Origin: Calcarisporiella thermophila CBS 279.70
Lineage: Eukaryota > Fungi > Calcarisporiellomycota
Length of the DNA: 64,000 nucleotides
Assembly: GCF_041956535.1 (NCBI RefSeq)
Contig: NW_027192204.1
Span: forward strand, 561,140 to 625,139
Direction: 5' to 3'
The translations under genes were made by a program, and so were the position numbers. How positions within the stretch are numbered: the first letter of the stretch is position 1; each line of letters begins with the position of its first letter. Positions 49,601 through 62,029 of this stretch are shown here, in pieces. Under the pieces are notes generated by a model that searched no databases, was not told the origin of the DNA, and was given only the letters and a program-made list of their open reading frames with translations.

Positions 49601-52600
49601 CCAAGGTCCGAGACAAGATCAAGGTCGAAGCCAGCGGCAGGAGGTACTACCCATAAAGCCGGTTTTGGTGAAGCCTAATATCAAAGTCACAACGCCATCT
49701 CCAGGACCTCCCAGTCTACCAGCCGCACTCAAACCACGCAAAACCCCCCCTCCCCCACCGCCTTCCTCTAAGAAACCAGGCTTTGCAGCAAAGAGATCAA
49801 ATTCAGGAGATAAATTGGATGTCAATGTGGAAATGAAGGAAAAAGGGGCAGCGTCCTTGTCCATGCCTGCTCGACAGCCTAGTGGGACGACCTGTAAAGA
49901 GGATCTGCTGGAAAATAAGGCGGGAAGACCCGCACTACTTGCTCAAATCCGCGAGAGAAAACAGCTTCGGTCTACTGAAGCTTCCAATAGCAAAGCTACT
50001 CCTCTTGCCGCACAACCAGAAAAACCCCTCTCGGAGACTCTTTCACAAAATAAAACGAAGAATGAAACAATTCTCACGCCGACCATAATAACGGAGTTTG
50101 CAGAGAATGGAAAAAAGGTGGGAGAGCGGACCTCCCCAAGAAGGCGGCCGCTGAGGCGTGGTTCGATAGAATGGTTTGGAGGTTTGGCGTCTGATACTGC
50201 TTTTGAGCCGCGGGTGGAAAGAGAGAGGGAAAGGAAATGGGTCAAGTCTCAGAGGGAAGAGCATAGGACAGAGACTAAAGAGGAAAAATCTGCGACGGAT
50301 GGGATTAATGTACCGGCTATCATTCAGACCACGATTATGGAGAGGGACAAAGAGGAGCCAGAGGAGAAAGGTGAGGCAGAGCTGATGGAGAAGCCGAGTG
50401 GGCAGGAATTGACGAACCCAGAGGTCAGTTCAGAAGAGGCCGCTGATAAGGAAGAGGTCGAAGAGCATGACGTGGATTACAATCAAGGTATGCCATTTTC
50501 GCAAGATTTCACGCTACACAATCTAGACCTATAACTTCTTATTCATGTTTTAGAATATCAAATGAGTTCGCTTTACCACTACAATAGCGAGAGGCCCGAC
50601 GAGCTCGGTTTTGAAGCGGGCGTTAGGCTTAAAGCATACCCTCCTCTGTCTGAAGACATTGGATGGTGGTATGGGGTCCTGGAAAACGGCGAGTGTGGGT
50701 GGTTTCCTCGGAGTTATGTCACTGAGGCTATCCTGGAAGAGAATGGTGACAAAGCCGTTCGCAGTACTGCTTCAAAGCAGTCTTGTGCCAAGGCTCGAGT
50801 CCTCTATGACTATAGGGCATCCCAGCGCGATGAACTGTCTATTCGGAGCGGCACTATCATCTCCATTATAGATCGATGCGATCCAAACTGGTGGCGAGCG
50901 GAGTATGCTGGGGCGGAGGGGCTAGTGCCTAGTAATTACGTTGATATATTGAGCGAAGATTATGCCGGAAATGTGGCCTCGCCATCCGATGCCGAGTCAC
51001 CGACCCTCTCCCCTATTCATTCCCGGGTAGTTTCACCCTTTGTTGACCATGCCAGTGATACACAATATGCTTCGAAATATCTCTCCGAACCAGATATCCC
51101 CTCAAGAAAACACTCGCTCACGCCGCCACCCCCCAGCACTCTATCCGGGAGAAATCGGAGCCCATCGCTCGTCTCCCTGGGTGCCCCTTATAAACAGAGT
51201 GCCTCGACAAGCGTTCAGCAAGAGGAGAGCGGCTCGGCAACCATTGCCGCCGCCACCGTGGAGATAGGCCGGAGCAAGACGCGAAAGCGAGCATCCAGTT
51301 TCTCGCCCTCCTCTAGGATTCCGCGGGACAGCATCGATAGTGCTGTAAGTGAGCGTTCGCGTGACTCGCTCGCACCCCCAGCACCAGCAGAATCCGCCCT
51401 TCAGCGTCCTGATAGCCCCTTGCTACAGACTTGGGCTGCCACGGTCGACCCCTCTGTCCTCGGCAGCATCAGTGTGGAAGAGCGCAAACGCCAGGAGGCT
51501 ATCTTTGAGCTAATTCAGACGGAGCGTAGCTATCTCCGAGACTTGCAGATCATCATCGAGCTCTACTTTGGTCCGATGTGTCAATTTCTCGCGCCCCACG
51601 AGCTGGATGCTGTATTTGGGAACATTCAGGACATTCTTCTGGGGAATACTGCGTTTTTCTCTGACTTAGAAGAGCGCCAGCGCGAGGGCGGGGCCATGGT
51701 GAGCGAGATTGGTGACATTTTTTTGAAACACGTCGCGGGGCTGGAGAGCTACCGCGAGTTTTGCAAAAATATGACCAGAGGGAGTCAACTGCTGCAGAAG
51801 AAGCGAAAAGAGGACAAGAAGTTGGCGGAGTTTTTGGCGCAACGCCAGGCGACACCCGAGTGCCGGAACCTCGATCTGAGCACCTATTTGCTTAAACCGA
51901 TGCAGCGGATTACTCGGTACCCACTACTACTCCGACAGGTAAGCCCTAACAAGATACGATTGTTTAATCTTAACCTCTAACAATTTTTTTTCATCCATCT
52001 ATTAAGATTTTCAATTATACGCCGGATTCTCACCCTGATCATGGCCAACTCGACGAGGCGCTAAAGGCGGGGGAGCGCGTGCTCAACCAATGTAACGAGG
52101 CAGCCCGCATGGAAGAGAGTCGTCAGAAGCTTGCTGAAATCTCAAAGAACGTGGATCTTGATACGGGGCTTGAGGAACGCCTTGACCTGAGTGCGCCAAC
52201 TCGATTGGTTGGGCCGCGGCAGTTCCTAATGGAGGGCCCACTCGCCAAGGTGAAGAGCGGGAGGAAGCTGTACGGCTATCTATTTAATGACCTGATTTTG
52301 CTTGTACAACCCTCGCGAGGCGGGGGAGTGGGGGGACTCTACCGGGCGCCCATCTTGTTGAATGAGCTAGTGGTCCGCGATATCCCCCCCAAGACCGTTG
52401 CCGGGCAGGACGACGCCTGCTTCCAAATCGTTCATATCCAGGACATGGTGAGTTTGCGCGCGCCGGATCTCTCCTCCAAACGCCAATGGTTTAATCAGAT
52501 CCAATCGGCCAGTTTGCGCGCACTTGCGCAGGAGCGCAAATCCCAGACACGCGCGACCCCTCCAGAACGGGTGGTTGGCAGTGTGCGAATCGTGGTGGTG

Positions 52601-52945
52601 GAGGCGCAGGTTCCCTCGGCACCGAATGTGCTGACCACCATGAGCGCGTACTGCGAGCTGTCGCTTGGGCCACAGGTGCTCAAGACCCGTGTGGTGCGAA
52701 ATAGTGTTTCGCCTTTTTGGGACCAGGCAATGACGCTGGGCGTGCCTGAGGATGGGGAGGGGCGGTTGAGGGTGAGCCTCTACAGCTATCACCGTTATTC
52801 GCCCGATGAGTATCTGGGAGGCGTTGAGGTGCGGGTTGCGGGGCTAGGCCCGGATGCTGTGAAGAGGGTCCTTCCGTTGGAGAATGTGCCGGATGGTTGC
52901 TACGGGGGAAATGTTTCGCTGATCATGAGCTATCACTCACACTAA
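46611..52945 (+). CDS. Intersectin/Pan1-like endocytic scaffold: EH domains, coiled coil, WH2, 2x SH3, RhoGEF(DH), PH, C2; start codon uncertain
   Basis: EH motifs FPEFALAMYL and IWNLAD.NNRGKLNQAEF. WH2-like GRPALLAQIRERKQLRS. Two SH3s (DELGF..WWYG..GWFPRSYV and DELSI..WWRA..GLVPSNYV). DH RQEAIFELIQTE..LLKPMQRITRYPLLL. PH YLFNDLILL. C2 SAYC...KTRVV...PFWDQ. Confidence 0.9.
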
Positions 52946-53605
52946 AGGGATATTGTTCTTTTGCTTTCTTCTATTGATATTTAATTCATCTACCTCTTCG
53001 TTTGCTTTGATACCAGCTTGTTTATTTTGTTATTTACAACGGAGTATGGGGGGGAGGTTGCCTGTGTATTTACCTTTTTATTCTTTGCTCTCTTCTTCCA
53101 CTTTTCTTTCATACATTCCCCCCATTTTCACTCTTATGTCCAACCCTTTCTCAATTTCCTTTCTCGTCTGCTTTCTCTCAATGTAAAATTAGGCTGAAAT
53201 AATGGAGCTAATTTTTTTTTTTTCGAGTTTCTCGCGTGAAGGCAGTCCTGGCCAAGGGTAGACTGGGACCGGATGAGTCTTAGTGAAGCAATCCCCCATC
53301 ATATCAATATGGGCAATGGATGCCTGCCAAGTTGGTAAGGACAGGGGAAGTCCAGCCGGGCAGAGAAATACCTAAAACGGCAGTTTTATTCAATGAGATG
53401 GTTTTTTCATGATGATTAGGACGGTGTAAATCGACTTACGAAACCTAACACGGGATATATCGGAGCGATGTGATTGGTCTAGCCCCGCATTTTATGCTAT
53501 CGGTTCTGCCTGACAGCAGTTCCTTATTCTTCTTGCGTAAGAAATTCCTTCACGGAAACTCTTCCCCAACGCTAATTCTACCGCGCAGAACCACCCAGCA
53601 GCATC

Positions 53606-54614
53606 ATGGCCATCGACCACCAGCTTATGCATCATCCTTTCCACCGCCACTTCTTTTCCACCCCTCACGCGAATGCCGTCCATTCAGCTCACCAGCCCTC
53701 TCCTCACGATGTCCAGTCCCATCTCCTCTCCGTCGCGTCTGCCTCCCAGGCAGAACAGCAGCTGGAGCAGGAAATAAAGGAGAAAAGAAGAAGAAAACGA
53801 TGGGTTCCGAATCGGGATTCCCAGGCGAAGCGTGAGCGGCCTGGCAAAGAAGGAAGCCGCAGACGTAACCGATACGATAACAGTAAGGGTTTTTTTCTTT
53901 TTGCTCTCCTCTTCTCTCTCCACACTCTCCTTCAATTCTCACTTTCTCTGCTTCAATCACACTCTGTGGTGGGCTTGGAGAAGCGTCATTGGAGGATGGT
54001 TTTCCTCCCTTGTTTAATGACTTGATAACTTATTCCCATGTTTTAAAGATAACTTTACCTTCCATGATCTCGCCATGCTTGATCCCCATGACCTCCCGAT
54101 GCCAGGCTATCCCTCGGCTTTCCCGCGATTCCATTTCACCTGCCAGGTTGTTATGCGAATTTTGATGGTGCTTGGCGAAGAGGACGATAGAGTGGAGCTG
54201 GCTATAGAAAAACTGCAGAACAATTCGAGAGGAGAGGGTAAAAAGGAGAAGCGAAAGGAGAAGAGCAAGAAAGATGAGCAGAAGGTAGAGCGTAAAAAAG
54301 CAACTGGCGAGAAGGCTGAGAAGGCGGAGAAGATGGAGGAGAAGAAAAAGAAAGAGAAGACTGAGAATATCAAGCAGAGGATGGGCAAGGAAAGGAATAG
54401 TGAAAAAGACAGGGATGAAGACGAAGTTGAGGAGAGGGAAGAGAAGGAGCAAAAGGGTATACGGAGAGAAAATCAAGAGAGTGGCGCAAGAAAGGGCACT
54501 CAGAGTAGAATGGAGGGGCAGAGAGAGGCAAGAGAGAGGAGAGAGGACCCTGGGAGGGAGGATGGCTATAGAATAGCTCAACTAGGCTCGCTCCTCACTG
54601 ATCTCCATCTCTAA
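53606..54614 (+). CDS. Hypothetical protein with a His-rich N-terminus and a charged C-terminus (intron ~53883-54048)
   Basis: ORFs 53606 and 54075 join in frame through GTAAGG..AAAG: ...GKEGSRRRNRYDN-NNFTFHDLAMLDPHDLP. Confidence 0.55.
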
Positions 54615-54974
54615 GGCTGCCACTTGCTTGCACTTGTAATCTGTTTGTACTTGTATATTGGGGAGCCCTCATACACTATTCATAGATAACGGTGAATTTA
54701 TTTACAAATACACGAACATAAAAAAAAATAGAGAATACTTCACAGGGAAAATAAATTCAGTGAAAAAAGGAAGAGGAAAGATAAAGCAAAGGCGAAGAAT
54801 AAAAAAAACTAATAAGCAAAAAGGTGAAAGAGAAAGGAAGTATGGGTACATATAGGGTCAAGTAAACAATATGTATACGGATATTAATCATGATGTAGAG
54901 AGGAATAAATAAGTTGGGGGGGGAGGGATGTTTTCGTATCTAACTATAGCCAGCTTCCTGTCAATTGCATCGGG

Positions 54975-57900
54975 CTAATTCGATCCTGCTTGGATTGGTG
55001 GGGTTTGCTTCATTAGAAAGCGCGCTGGCCCGAGAGCCGCTGCATTCGGCTCACCCTCTTTTTCGCCACTCTTCATCTCGGCTCTCATTGCCGGGGGGAG
55101 GGAAAATTTGGAAGGCGGGGCGGATTCGGTGGGGGATGAGTCGGCGAGAAATGCGGGAGGACAAGTCCAGGGAACAAAGGAGAAAGGGAGGAGGGGCGAA
55201 GGGTAGGAGACGGACTCGGAGGAGGACTTGCTTCTGCTCATTGTTTTGGAATGCTTGCGTGAGTACAAGGTGGTCGAGGTCAGAGAGGGAGACATTTGCG
55301 AGAACATGGTTGGGGAGAGGGCCACTGAGGTGGTGGGGGTGCTGGGGAGTGGGGCGGAAGGGGGCGGCATCGCAGCCTCGGGTCGCATCGCATGTTGCCG
55401 GTGGCTCCGCGCCACCTCTTCGAGCTTCTTGCGGTTCTGCTCCACGATCAGGCACATCTCATCCACCACGGCTCCAATCCGGCCCCGCGTCAGCTCGGCC
55501 GCCTTCCTGCCCTGCAGCTGGATGTCGATATCTTCCTTGGTGCGGCGCACATCGCCGCCCGTCGAGTGCGCCAGGAAAAACCGCATCTCCTGCTCGTACT
55601 TGAAGGTTGCTCTGATCTCCTCCGACAGCACCTGGATTTGGTGGCGCACATCGCGCGTCGGCCGGGGGAATTTCTGGAGGGTGGAGTTCTCCGTCATCCC
55701 ACTCAGCAAGAGGTTGAAGCCTTCCATCGTCACCCCATTGGCATCCATCGCCAACTCGCTGAGCACGGTGTTCTGCCGCAACACCTGCGATATCACTGCA
55801 GCCCCTCGGTCGCCGACCCCTTGCCCGGTGATGTCGAGCCGCTTGAGGGCGCGATTCTCCAACAGGGACGCCAGCGCTCCCGTGAGCATGCTGCCCATCG
55901 GGGAGGCCACCGCGCCCTCTCCCGGGAGGAACTCGCCGCGGAAGTCAAGCTCCTCCAGCACGTGGTTTTCTCTCAGCAATACCTCCAGCATCCGGCCGGT
56001 GTCGGCCTCAATGGGACCCACCAACTTCAGCCCCGCCAAGTCCAGCCGCCGCAGGAACGTGTTGCGCGACAGGCACTCGAGCAGCTCTCGGAAGGAGGGG
56101 TCATCCCACTCGGTGTGAGCGAGTGAGAGGGAAACAGGCCCGATGGGGTCCAGGAGCGCGTAGCAGAACTTGGGCAGCATGGCAAGCTCGCGCGCCAGCG
56201 GATTCTCTTTTGCCGACAGGTGCAAGTCGTGAGGCACGACGCGGAAGAGCTGCGCCAGTTGGCCCCCGTGCAGCTGGCACTTGTCCACCGACAGGGTGTC
56301 GAGACACTGGGCCACCTCCGACGACAGGTAGGAGAGGAGGAAGGCGATCTGCCCGTCGCTGAGCGGGATGCCGCCAATGTCCAAGTGCCTGAGTTTGGTG
56401 AGGCGCAAGGGAAGCTGCTCGATCTGCTCCGTGCACCCCCTAATTCGCAGGGTGCGAAGGTGCAGCGCATCATGGAGCAGCCTCTCGAGCCCAATGGTGC
56501 ACCCCACGTTTTTCACGTTCGCAGACAGGTCGAGGTAGGTGAGGTGTTCAGGCGAGGTCTGCTGGAGGGCCGACACGACCGCCTCGAGCTGCTTGGTGGT
56601 TAGCCCGCAATTCTCGATGCTCAGCTCCCGAATCGCCTTCCTGTTCCCCCTGATCCCCGCGATGAGAAAGCCCAGATCCTCGCCCCGTATCCGATTCCCC
56701 CCCAAGAAGAGCGAGTTGAGCCCCACCTGGCCGGTCTGCATCGCCGAGCCGAGGACGGAGATGGCGGTGTGCTCCATCCCCAGGCTGGCGATGCCGCAGC
56801 CCGTCAGGTCGAGCTTGCGCAGGTTCTTGTTCTCGACCACGAGGGCGTAGAGCTCCGAGGTGAGCATGTTGACGCCATGCTGTGCCTGTTGGCTGTCCGG
56901 GTACGTGGCCCAGCCCTCGTCCTGCCGCGGGACCCAGGCCTCGAGGTCGGCCAGGTGGATGTCGCGGAGCGAGATTTCTCGAAAGAGGGGGTTGCTTCGC
57001 ACGGCCCGGAAGAAGACCAGCAGTTCGAAGCGGTTGTATCCCTTGCCGTCGTCGGGCGGCAGCAGTTGCAGGCGCATGCCCGGTTTGCCCAGCCCTAGGC
57101 TCTCCATCTCCACGCGGATGCGGGCGGCCTGCGCGCCAAAGCCGGCACAGTAGGCCCCTAGCGACTCGAAGAGGCCGCGGCCCGCCAGCTTGGTCATGTC
57201 GAAGAGAGGACGCAGCCCGGAGAACGGGGCCGGGTCCGGCACGAGCAGCTTGTAGCTGCGCTGGTGGGACGCCGTCAGTGTGTCGATGGCCCGCACCAGC
57301 TCACTTATCACGACCCCCGCGAACGCGGTGGCAAAGGTGAGCAGGCGCGGCCCGCCTTCGCGCTGACGCAGCGCCAGGTTCACCTTGTCGTCGCGGCCCG
57401 TTGCGCCGATGACCATGATGGACAGCAGCCCGTACCGGTCCTCGTGGCCGATGATGCGGTGGTAGTCCGGGTCGGCCGCCGCCGCCCCGGGCAGCAGGTA
57501 GAAGTAGTGGCGGCCGATCGCCAGGCACACGTTCAAGCTCAGCTCGCGATGGCTGAACACCTCTTTTTCGGCGGGGAGGGCGGGGTGGGCGGAGCGCGCG
57601 GGGAAGTTGGGGTGGTCGAGGAGGACGATCTTCTGCAGTAGCACACGCTCGGTCCTGTCGGGGAGATCCTTCTGGCGGCGCATCCGCTCCAGGGCCGTCT
57701 GCTGGTTCGATGGGGTGATAGTGACCATGAGCGGCAGCCAGGGCTGCGTCGCGCGCCGCAGCGCCTCCATCCAGCACTCCAGCTCATTCACCGTCTCCAG
57801 CACCATCACAAACTGCGCGGGGGCCTTGGTGACGGGGTGGAAGTGCATGACGCGCAGCGCCCACCGGAACTCCTCCATCTCGTAGACGGCGTACACATGG

Positions 57901-58427
57901 CGCATCTGCAGCATCACGCTCTCTGGGGGGATTTGGAGGGGGGCGGTGGCGCGCACGACGTCCCTGGAGAAGACAACCAGGTTGTTGAACACGGCGGTGG
58001 CCTTGTTCAGCGATTTGAATCGCAGTAGCGCGGAGTTGGTGAGGACGAAGTATTCGCGGTGGATCTTGCGAAAGAGCGACGAGCTGTGGTTGTGCTGCAC
58101 CGGGCCGGCGTACACGAGCTGGATGCTCTCCTCGTCCGCAAAGAGCTCGCGGTTCGAGCCGTTGGAGCCCGAGCTCGAGCTGTTTCCCGAGGGCACCGTG
58201 TACAGCGGGCGCGAGAGCGAGACCACCGAGGCCGCATAGTGGGAGTGCTTCGCCGAGGCGGCCATATCGTGGTGGGGGAGGGACGGGGTGTGGTGAGGGT
58301 GAGGGCTGGATCGCGGGGTGTAGAGTGACTGCTTATCGTAGGGAAAATAGTGGGGCGAGAGGGGAATGAGGGTCAATGGCGTGAGCGAGGGGGAGATGGA
58401 GGACGAGGTGAGGTTAGGAGATGACAT
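54975..58427 (-). CDS. PH-domain plus RNI-like leucine-rich-repeat protein (1150 aa; 5' end abuts an assembly gap)
   Basis: PH-like EYFVLTNSALLRF...ELECWMEALR. Repeated LxxLDLxxN/C units (LRKLDLTGCGI, LTYLDLSAN, LKRLDITGQGVGDRGA). Intronless and GC-rich. Confidence 0.85.
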   Translation of the reverse strand: MSSPNLTSSSISPSLTPLTLIPLSPHYFPYDKQSLYTPRSSPHPHHTPSLPHHDMAASAKHSHYAASVVSLSRPLYTVPSGNSSSSGSNGSNRELFADEESIQLVYAGPVQHNHSSSLFRKIHREYFVLTNSALLRFKSLNKATAVFNNLVVFSRDVVRATAPLQIPPESVMLQMRHVYAVYEMEEFRWALRVMHFHPVTKAPAQFVMVLETVNELECWMEALRRATQPWLPLMVTITPSNQQTALERMRRQKDLPDRTERVLLQKIVLLDHPNFPARSAHPALPAEKEVFSHRELSLNVCLAIGRHYFYLLPGAAAADPDYHRIIGHEDRYGLLSIMVIGATGRDDKVNLALRQREGGPRLLTFATAFAGVVISELVRAIDTLTASHQRSYKLLVPDPAPFSGLRPLFDMTKLAGRGLFESLGAYCAGFGAQAARIRVEMESLGLGKPGMRLQLLPPDDGKGYNRFELLVFFRAVRSNPLFREISLRDIHLADLEAWVPRQDEGWATYPDSQQAQHGVNMLTSELYALVVENKNLRKLDLTGCGIASLGMEHTAISVLGSAMQTGQVGLNSLFLGGNRIRGEDLGFLIAGIRGNRKAIRELSIENCGLTTKQLEAVVSALQQTSPEHLTYLDLSANVKNVGCTIGLERLLHDALHLRTLRIRGCTEQIEQLPLRLTKLRHLDIGGIPLSDGQIAFLLSYLSSEVAQCLDTLSVDKCQLHGGQLAQLFRVVPHDLHLSAKENPLARELAMLPKFCYALLDPIGPVSLSLAHTEWDDPSFRELLECLSRNTFLRRLDLAGLKLVGPIEADTGRMLEVLLRENHVLEELDFRGEFLPGEGAVASPMGSMLTGALASLLENRALKRLDITGQGVGDRGAAVISQVLRQNTVLSELAMDANGVTMEGFNLLLSGMTENSTLQKFPRPTRDVRHQIQVLSEEIRATFKYEQEMRFFLAHSTGGDVRRTKEDIDIQLQGRKAAELTRGRIGAVVDEMCLIVEQNRKKLEEVARSHRQHAMRPEAAMPPPSAPLPSTPTTSVALSPTMFSQMSPSLTSTTLYSRKHSKTMSRSKSSSESVSYPSPLLPFSFVPWTCPPAFLADSSPTESAPPSKFSLPPAMRAEMKSGEKEGEPNAAALGPARFLMKQTPPIQAGSN

Positions 58428-58443
58428 GGCGGAAGACGAGCCC

Positions 58444-58798
58444 NNNNNNNNNNNNNNNNNNNNNNNNNNNNNNNNNNNNNNNNNNNNNNNNNNNNNNNNN
58501 NNNNNNNNNNNNNNNNNNNNNNNNNNNNNNNNNNNNNNNNNNNNNNNNNNNNNNNNNNNNNNNNNNNNNNNNNNNNNNNNNNNNNNNNNNNNNNNNNNNN
58601 NNNNNNNNNNNNNNNNNNNNNNNNNNNNNNNNNNNNNNNNNNNNNNNNNNNNNNNNNNNNNNNNNNNNNNNNNNNNNNNNNNNNNNNNNNNNNNNNNNNN
58701 NNNNNNNNNNNNNNNNNNNNNNNNNNNNNNNNNNNNNNNNNNNNNNNNNNNNNNNNNNNNNNNNNNNNNNNNNNNNNNNNNNNNNNNNNNNNNNNNNN
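58444..58798. other. Assembly gap (Ns)
   Basis: Continuous run of n. Confidence 1.
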
Positions 58799-61700
58799 TT
58801 GGTGGGTGTCTTGTGAGGAAACGGGAGGGAGTTAGTCATTCTGACAGGAGAATATGACAGTAGTGAACTTGGGCATGTATTCTTGGGGAGGCTCTCTTTA
58901 GCAAGCGGCTATAGGGCTTACCTTATATTCGGCTTCTTCAAGAGGAAAAGGAGAGGGCGAGGAGAGAGAGAGAGAGAGAGACGGTGCAATAGAGGAGTGG
59001 TATCACGAGTTGAACGCGGTGAAGGAGTCGAGAGTGTCGAGACGAGAAGACTAGAGGGGAGTGCAGGCACTATTACTTAAATAGCATCCGACAAGAGTGC
59101 GTGCCGATAGCCTTGCGAGTTGGTTTGACGCCACGGCCCTGAGGAAAGATGCACCAGACTATTGGGGAGGTGGATCGTTCTTGAAAAAAAAAAAATAAAA
59201 TAAAACAACAAACAAAAAACATTCCATAATCTTTCCTGAGGCAGCCCCTCCCGCTGATGCTCAGGGGGAGCGCCTGCATACATCCAGTCGTGATCAGTGG
59301 AACGGCCCGATCAACGCATGCCTCTTGGCGGGCGCGTCGCGAGCCGCACAGCTCCTTGGGCAAGGCCGCTAAGGATCACGGGCGGCGGCGGGAGAATGGG
59401 TTACGGCAAGAAGGGGGGGGGGATTCCAGATGAACCTTAAAGGCGGTGCCATGCTTTGTGAAATTAGGTTAATTTTCCAGTACCGGTTGCCTATGCTCGG
59501 ATTTCCCCAGTCACCGGCTTAATCGAGCCCAACGTGCCTCATAGCGTCGAGATGCCCTTCAGCAGGCAGCCATTCTGCGAGCCTTGTTTCGCGTGGGGCG
59601 GCCTGCTGAAACGCGCTCTGATACTCCACCATATAGGGTATCTCCTAACCAATCTCCGCATCGGATAATGCGAGGAATTGGCGATGCTCGGTTGTTATGC
59701 ACATGGGCTCGCAACAAGCTAGTGTATGCGAACCCCAGCGGGAAAAAAGCTAATAAGCATGGGAGCCGGTTTCCTTTCTGCGCATTGAGTTTTCCCAAGT
59801 GCCCGACATGCATATCCTGCGGGCAACTCGACCTCTCCTTCCAGTCTTGCACTCTCAAGCCGCTGGAAATATCAAAACCCCCTCGCGCTCCATCCTCCAT
59901 TCGCTTCTAGCCTGGAGCCCAATCTTGGTTGCGGCGGCTTTTATCGCGTCCCTGATATATTACCAGCTGGTCCACCCCATGTGAATCCCTAGCATAGGAC
60001 ATTATGATGTCCTAATCGGCTAGCTCGCTATGTAATTGATTGCCGCCGAATATGGCGCTTTTGTCCTCTCTGTTTTCTCGTTGGATGCTATTGTCCAATA
60101 CTCCACTATTTTAACTTCTCAGTCCACCTCCTCGCACATGATCATTCCCTTGCATTCCCATTTGCTAATACTACAGTTTCAATTGCTAGCAGTAGGAGTG
60201 CATCAATGCAATTGATAGAGGACGAATCCTTTACATGCACGATGAATGGCGGGCTTGAAGCTAGCATCGGACAAAATTGTAATAGCAACTCTTTCTACCT
60301 TCACAAGTTCTTTTGAATAGCCTTTGTAAGCCTTTCTAGTCCAATGCATATCGTATTGGATTGGAGTGGGAAGAGTAGTAGCTAGAGTATCTTTATTGCA
60401 CTCTTTCGACCATCTCTATTAAAGTGTCAGTTCGTTTTCTCTCTAGTGGCATGCTGTATTATGTGCTGCCATTAGTGATTACCCCTCGTTTTTCGCTCTA
60501 CCTAACGTCCGCTACTTCGCAAGAGGCTACAGAGCGGTGCCGGGCAGTCAGCCTTTCCCAAATGATCGGACAACTCTCTCTAAATGGGAAGTATTGGAGG
60601 TTGCAATAGTATATAGTGTGAAATATTCCAAGCATATCCCGGCAATCCAATCTATCAAGGTTATTTATCCATAAAGGACCAGAGAAGGTTGATTCTTAGA
60701 ACAAGTTGCGGGATAGAAATCCCCGCCAGAACCAATGCAAGCGATCGGTGCGGGCGTGGTACACTGTGCTCAGTGAGCTCTTCTCATGGACCGGTGTCGG
60801 AGTATTTGCCATGTATAGAGTGACCATAGTCTTGCCTAATAATGAAATATTCACTGGCAAACTAATTCATTGCTCGGTCGAGAGAGGAAATCCCTTGGTA
60901 TTACACAAATGACTACTACCTGAATCTAGTATTTGGACTGTGTGAGTGCTCAGCCAATCCGATTAGGTAGTTTTACATTCTACCCTTTCATTCCAACAAT
61001 GCTACGTGTCTTCAAAGAATGAAATATGGCTACAAACTGCTTCTATTCATTTTTGGCCGATCCATCCTCTCAGTGGAGATTAGAGCACCTTGGGTTTATC
61101 GTAATATTGCCAGTTTTCAAGCGTCAATAGATCACATGGGGCTAGGTGAGATCCTGGTGTGCCAATGAAATTCAATTCCTAAACTAGGTCGTGGAAGAGA
61201 GAGACGCAAAAGTGAGAAAAGAGGGGAGAAAATGGAGAAATTCTCCTGTGAAGTCCTCTTTAGGCATGGGATGGGGTGGGAAATCCATTCCTGGCTCAAT
61301 GGTAGAGGCATGTCGCGGCTGGTAGATCAGTGAGGACCTCTCTCGCTCTCCTGTATCCCTCCGCGTAACTCATGCGGTACTCTCCAAAATAAGGCCAGGA
61401 TCGCCAGCAAACAGGTGTGTATAGAGTCCTGATCCAATATTTGCCCTTTGCAGGGAAAACGAATCACCGCACTAGAGCCACATCCGGTAGGAGTGGCTTC
61501 ACGCATCTATTTCGTTATATATCCATATATGCAAGCACACCAGCGTTTCCATCCCCTCGCCAAGCGGCCCAGAATGTTTGGCCTCCGGCCTCCGTCTCCG
61601 CAGCCGTCCGCCCACTCTCCCGATTCAATCGGCCGCCGCCTTTCCGAGTCTGAACCCTGGCCGCTGTGCTGACGGTGGTGGGCTCACATATCCCACCGCG

Positions 61701-62029
61701 GCACTAATACATATCTTGCCGGATCATTTCCAAGTGGCCCAAATTCGTGCAAAAAATTCACGCTTTTCCAAGCCGCGTTGCGATTCGCTCGGAAAAAGGT
61801 CACACATTCTCTTCACACATTTATTTCCTCTTCGGCTTTTCCCTGTTAGATCAACGCAGCTCGCATCCATACCCTCGCTCTCCCGTCCTCCTCCTCCCTC
61901 CCCCATTCTCATCGCACTCTTTTGCATTGTTGTTGGCCCTCTAATCTCCGCATTCGCATCACGAGGGTGCATTCTTCCTCTCTCCTCTTTGAATTGCTGT
62001 GATTATCAAGAGAAGCGAGCAGTGGGCTT

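Noticed and set aside
53230-53515. Possible structured ncRNA (GGGGAAGTCC; TGATGA…CTGA C/D-box-like pair)
   Set aside because: No terminal stem, recognisable rRNA antisense element or matching RNase P/MRP 3' motif. An Rfam scan would be needed.
54965-58328. Many long overlapping ORFs antisense to or frameshifted within the PH-LRR gene (also over 337-1365 and 4084-5295)
   Set aside because: Shadow ORFs caused by high GC3 in real coding regions. They contain no recognisable domains.
58366-58857. ORFs spanning the N run
   Set aside because: Artefacts of translating an assembly gap.
61290-61345. tRNA A-box-like TGGCTCAATGGTAGAG
   Set aside because: No B-box/T-arm (GTTCRA) or cloverleaf pairing follows.
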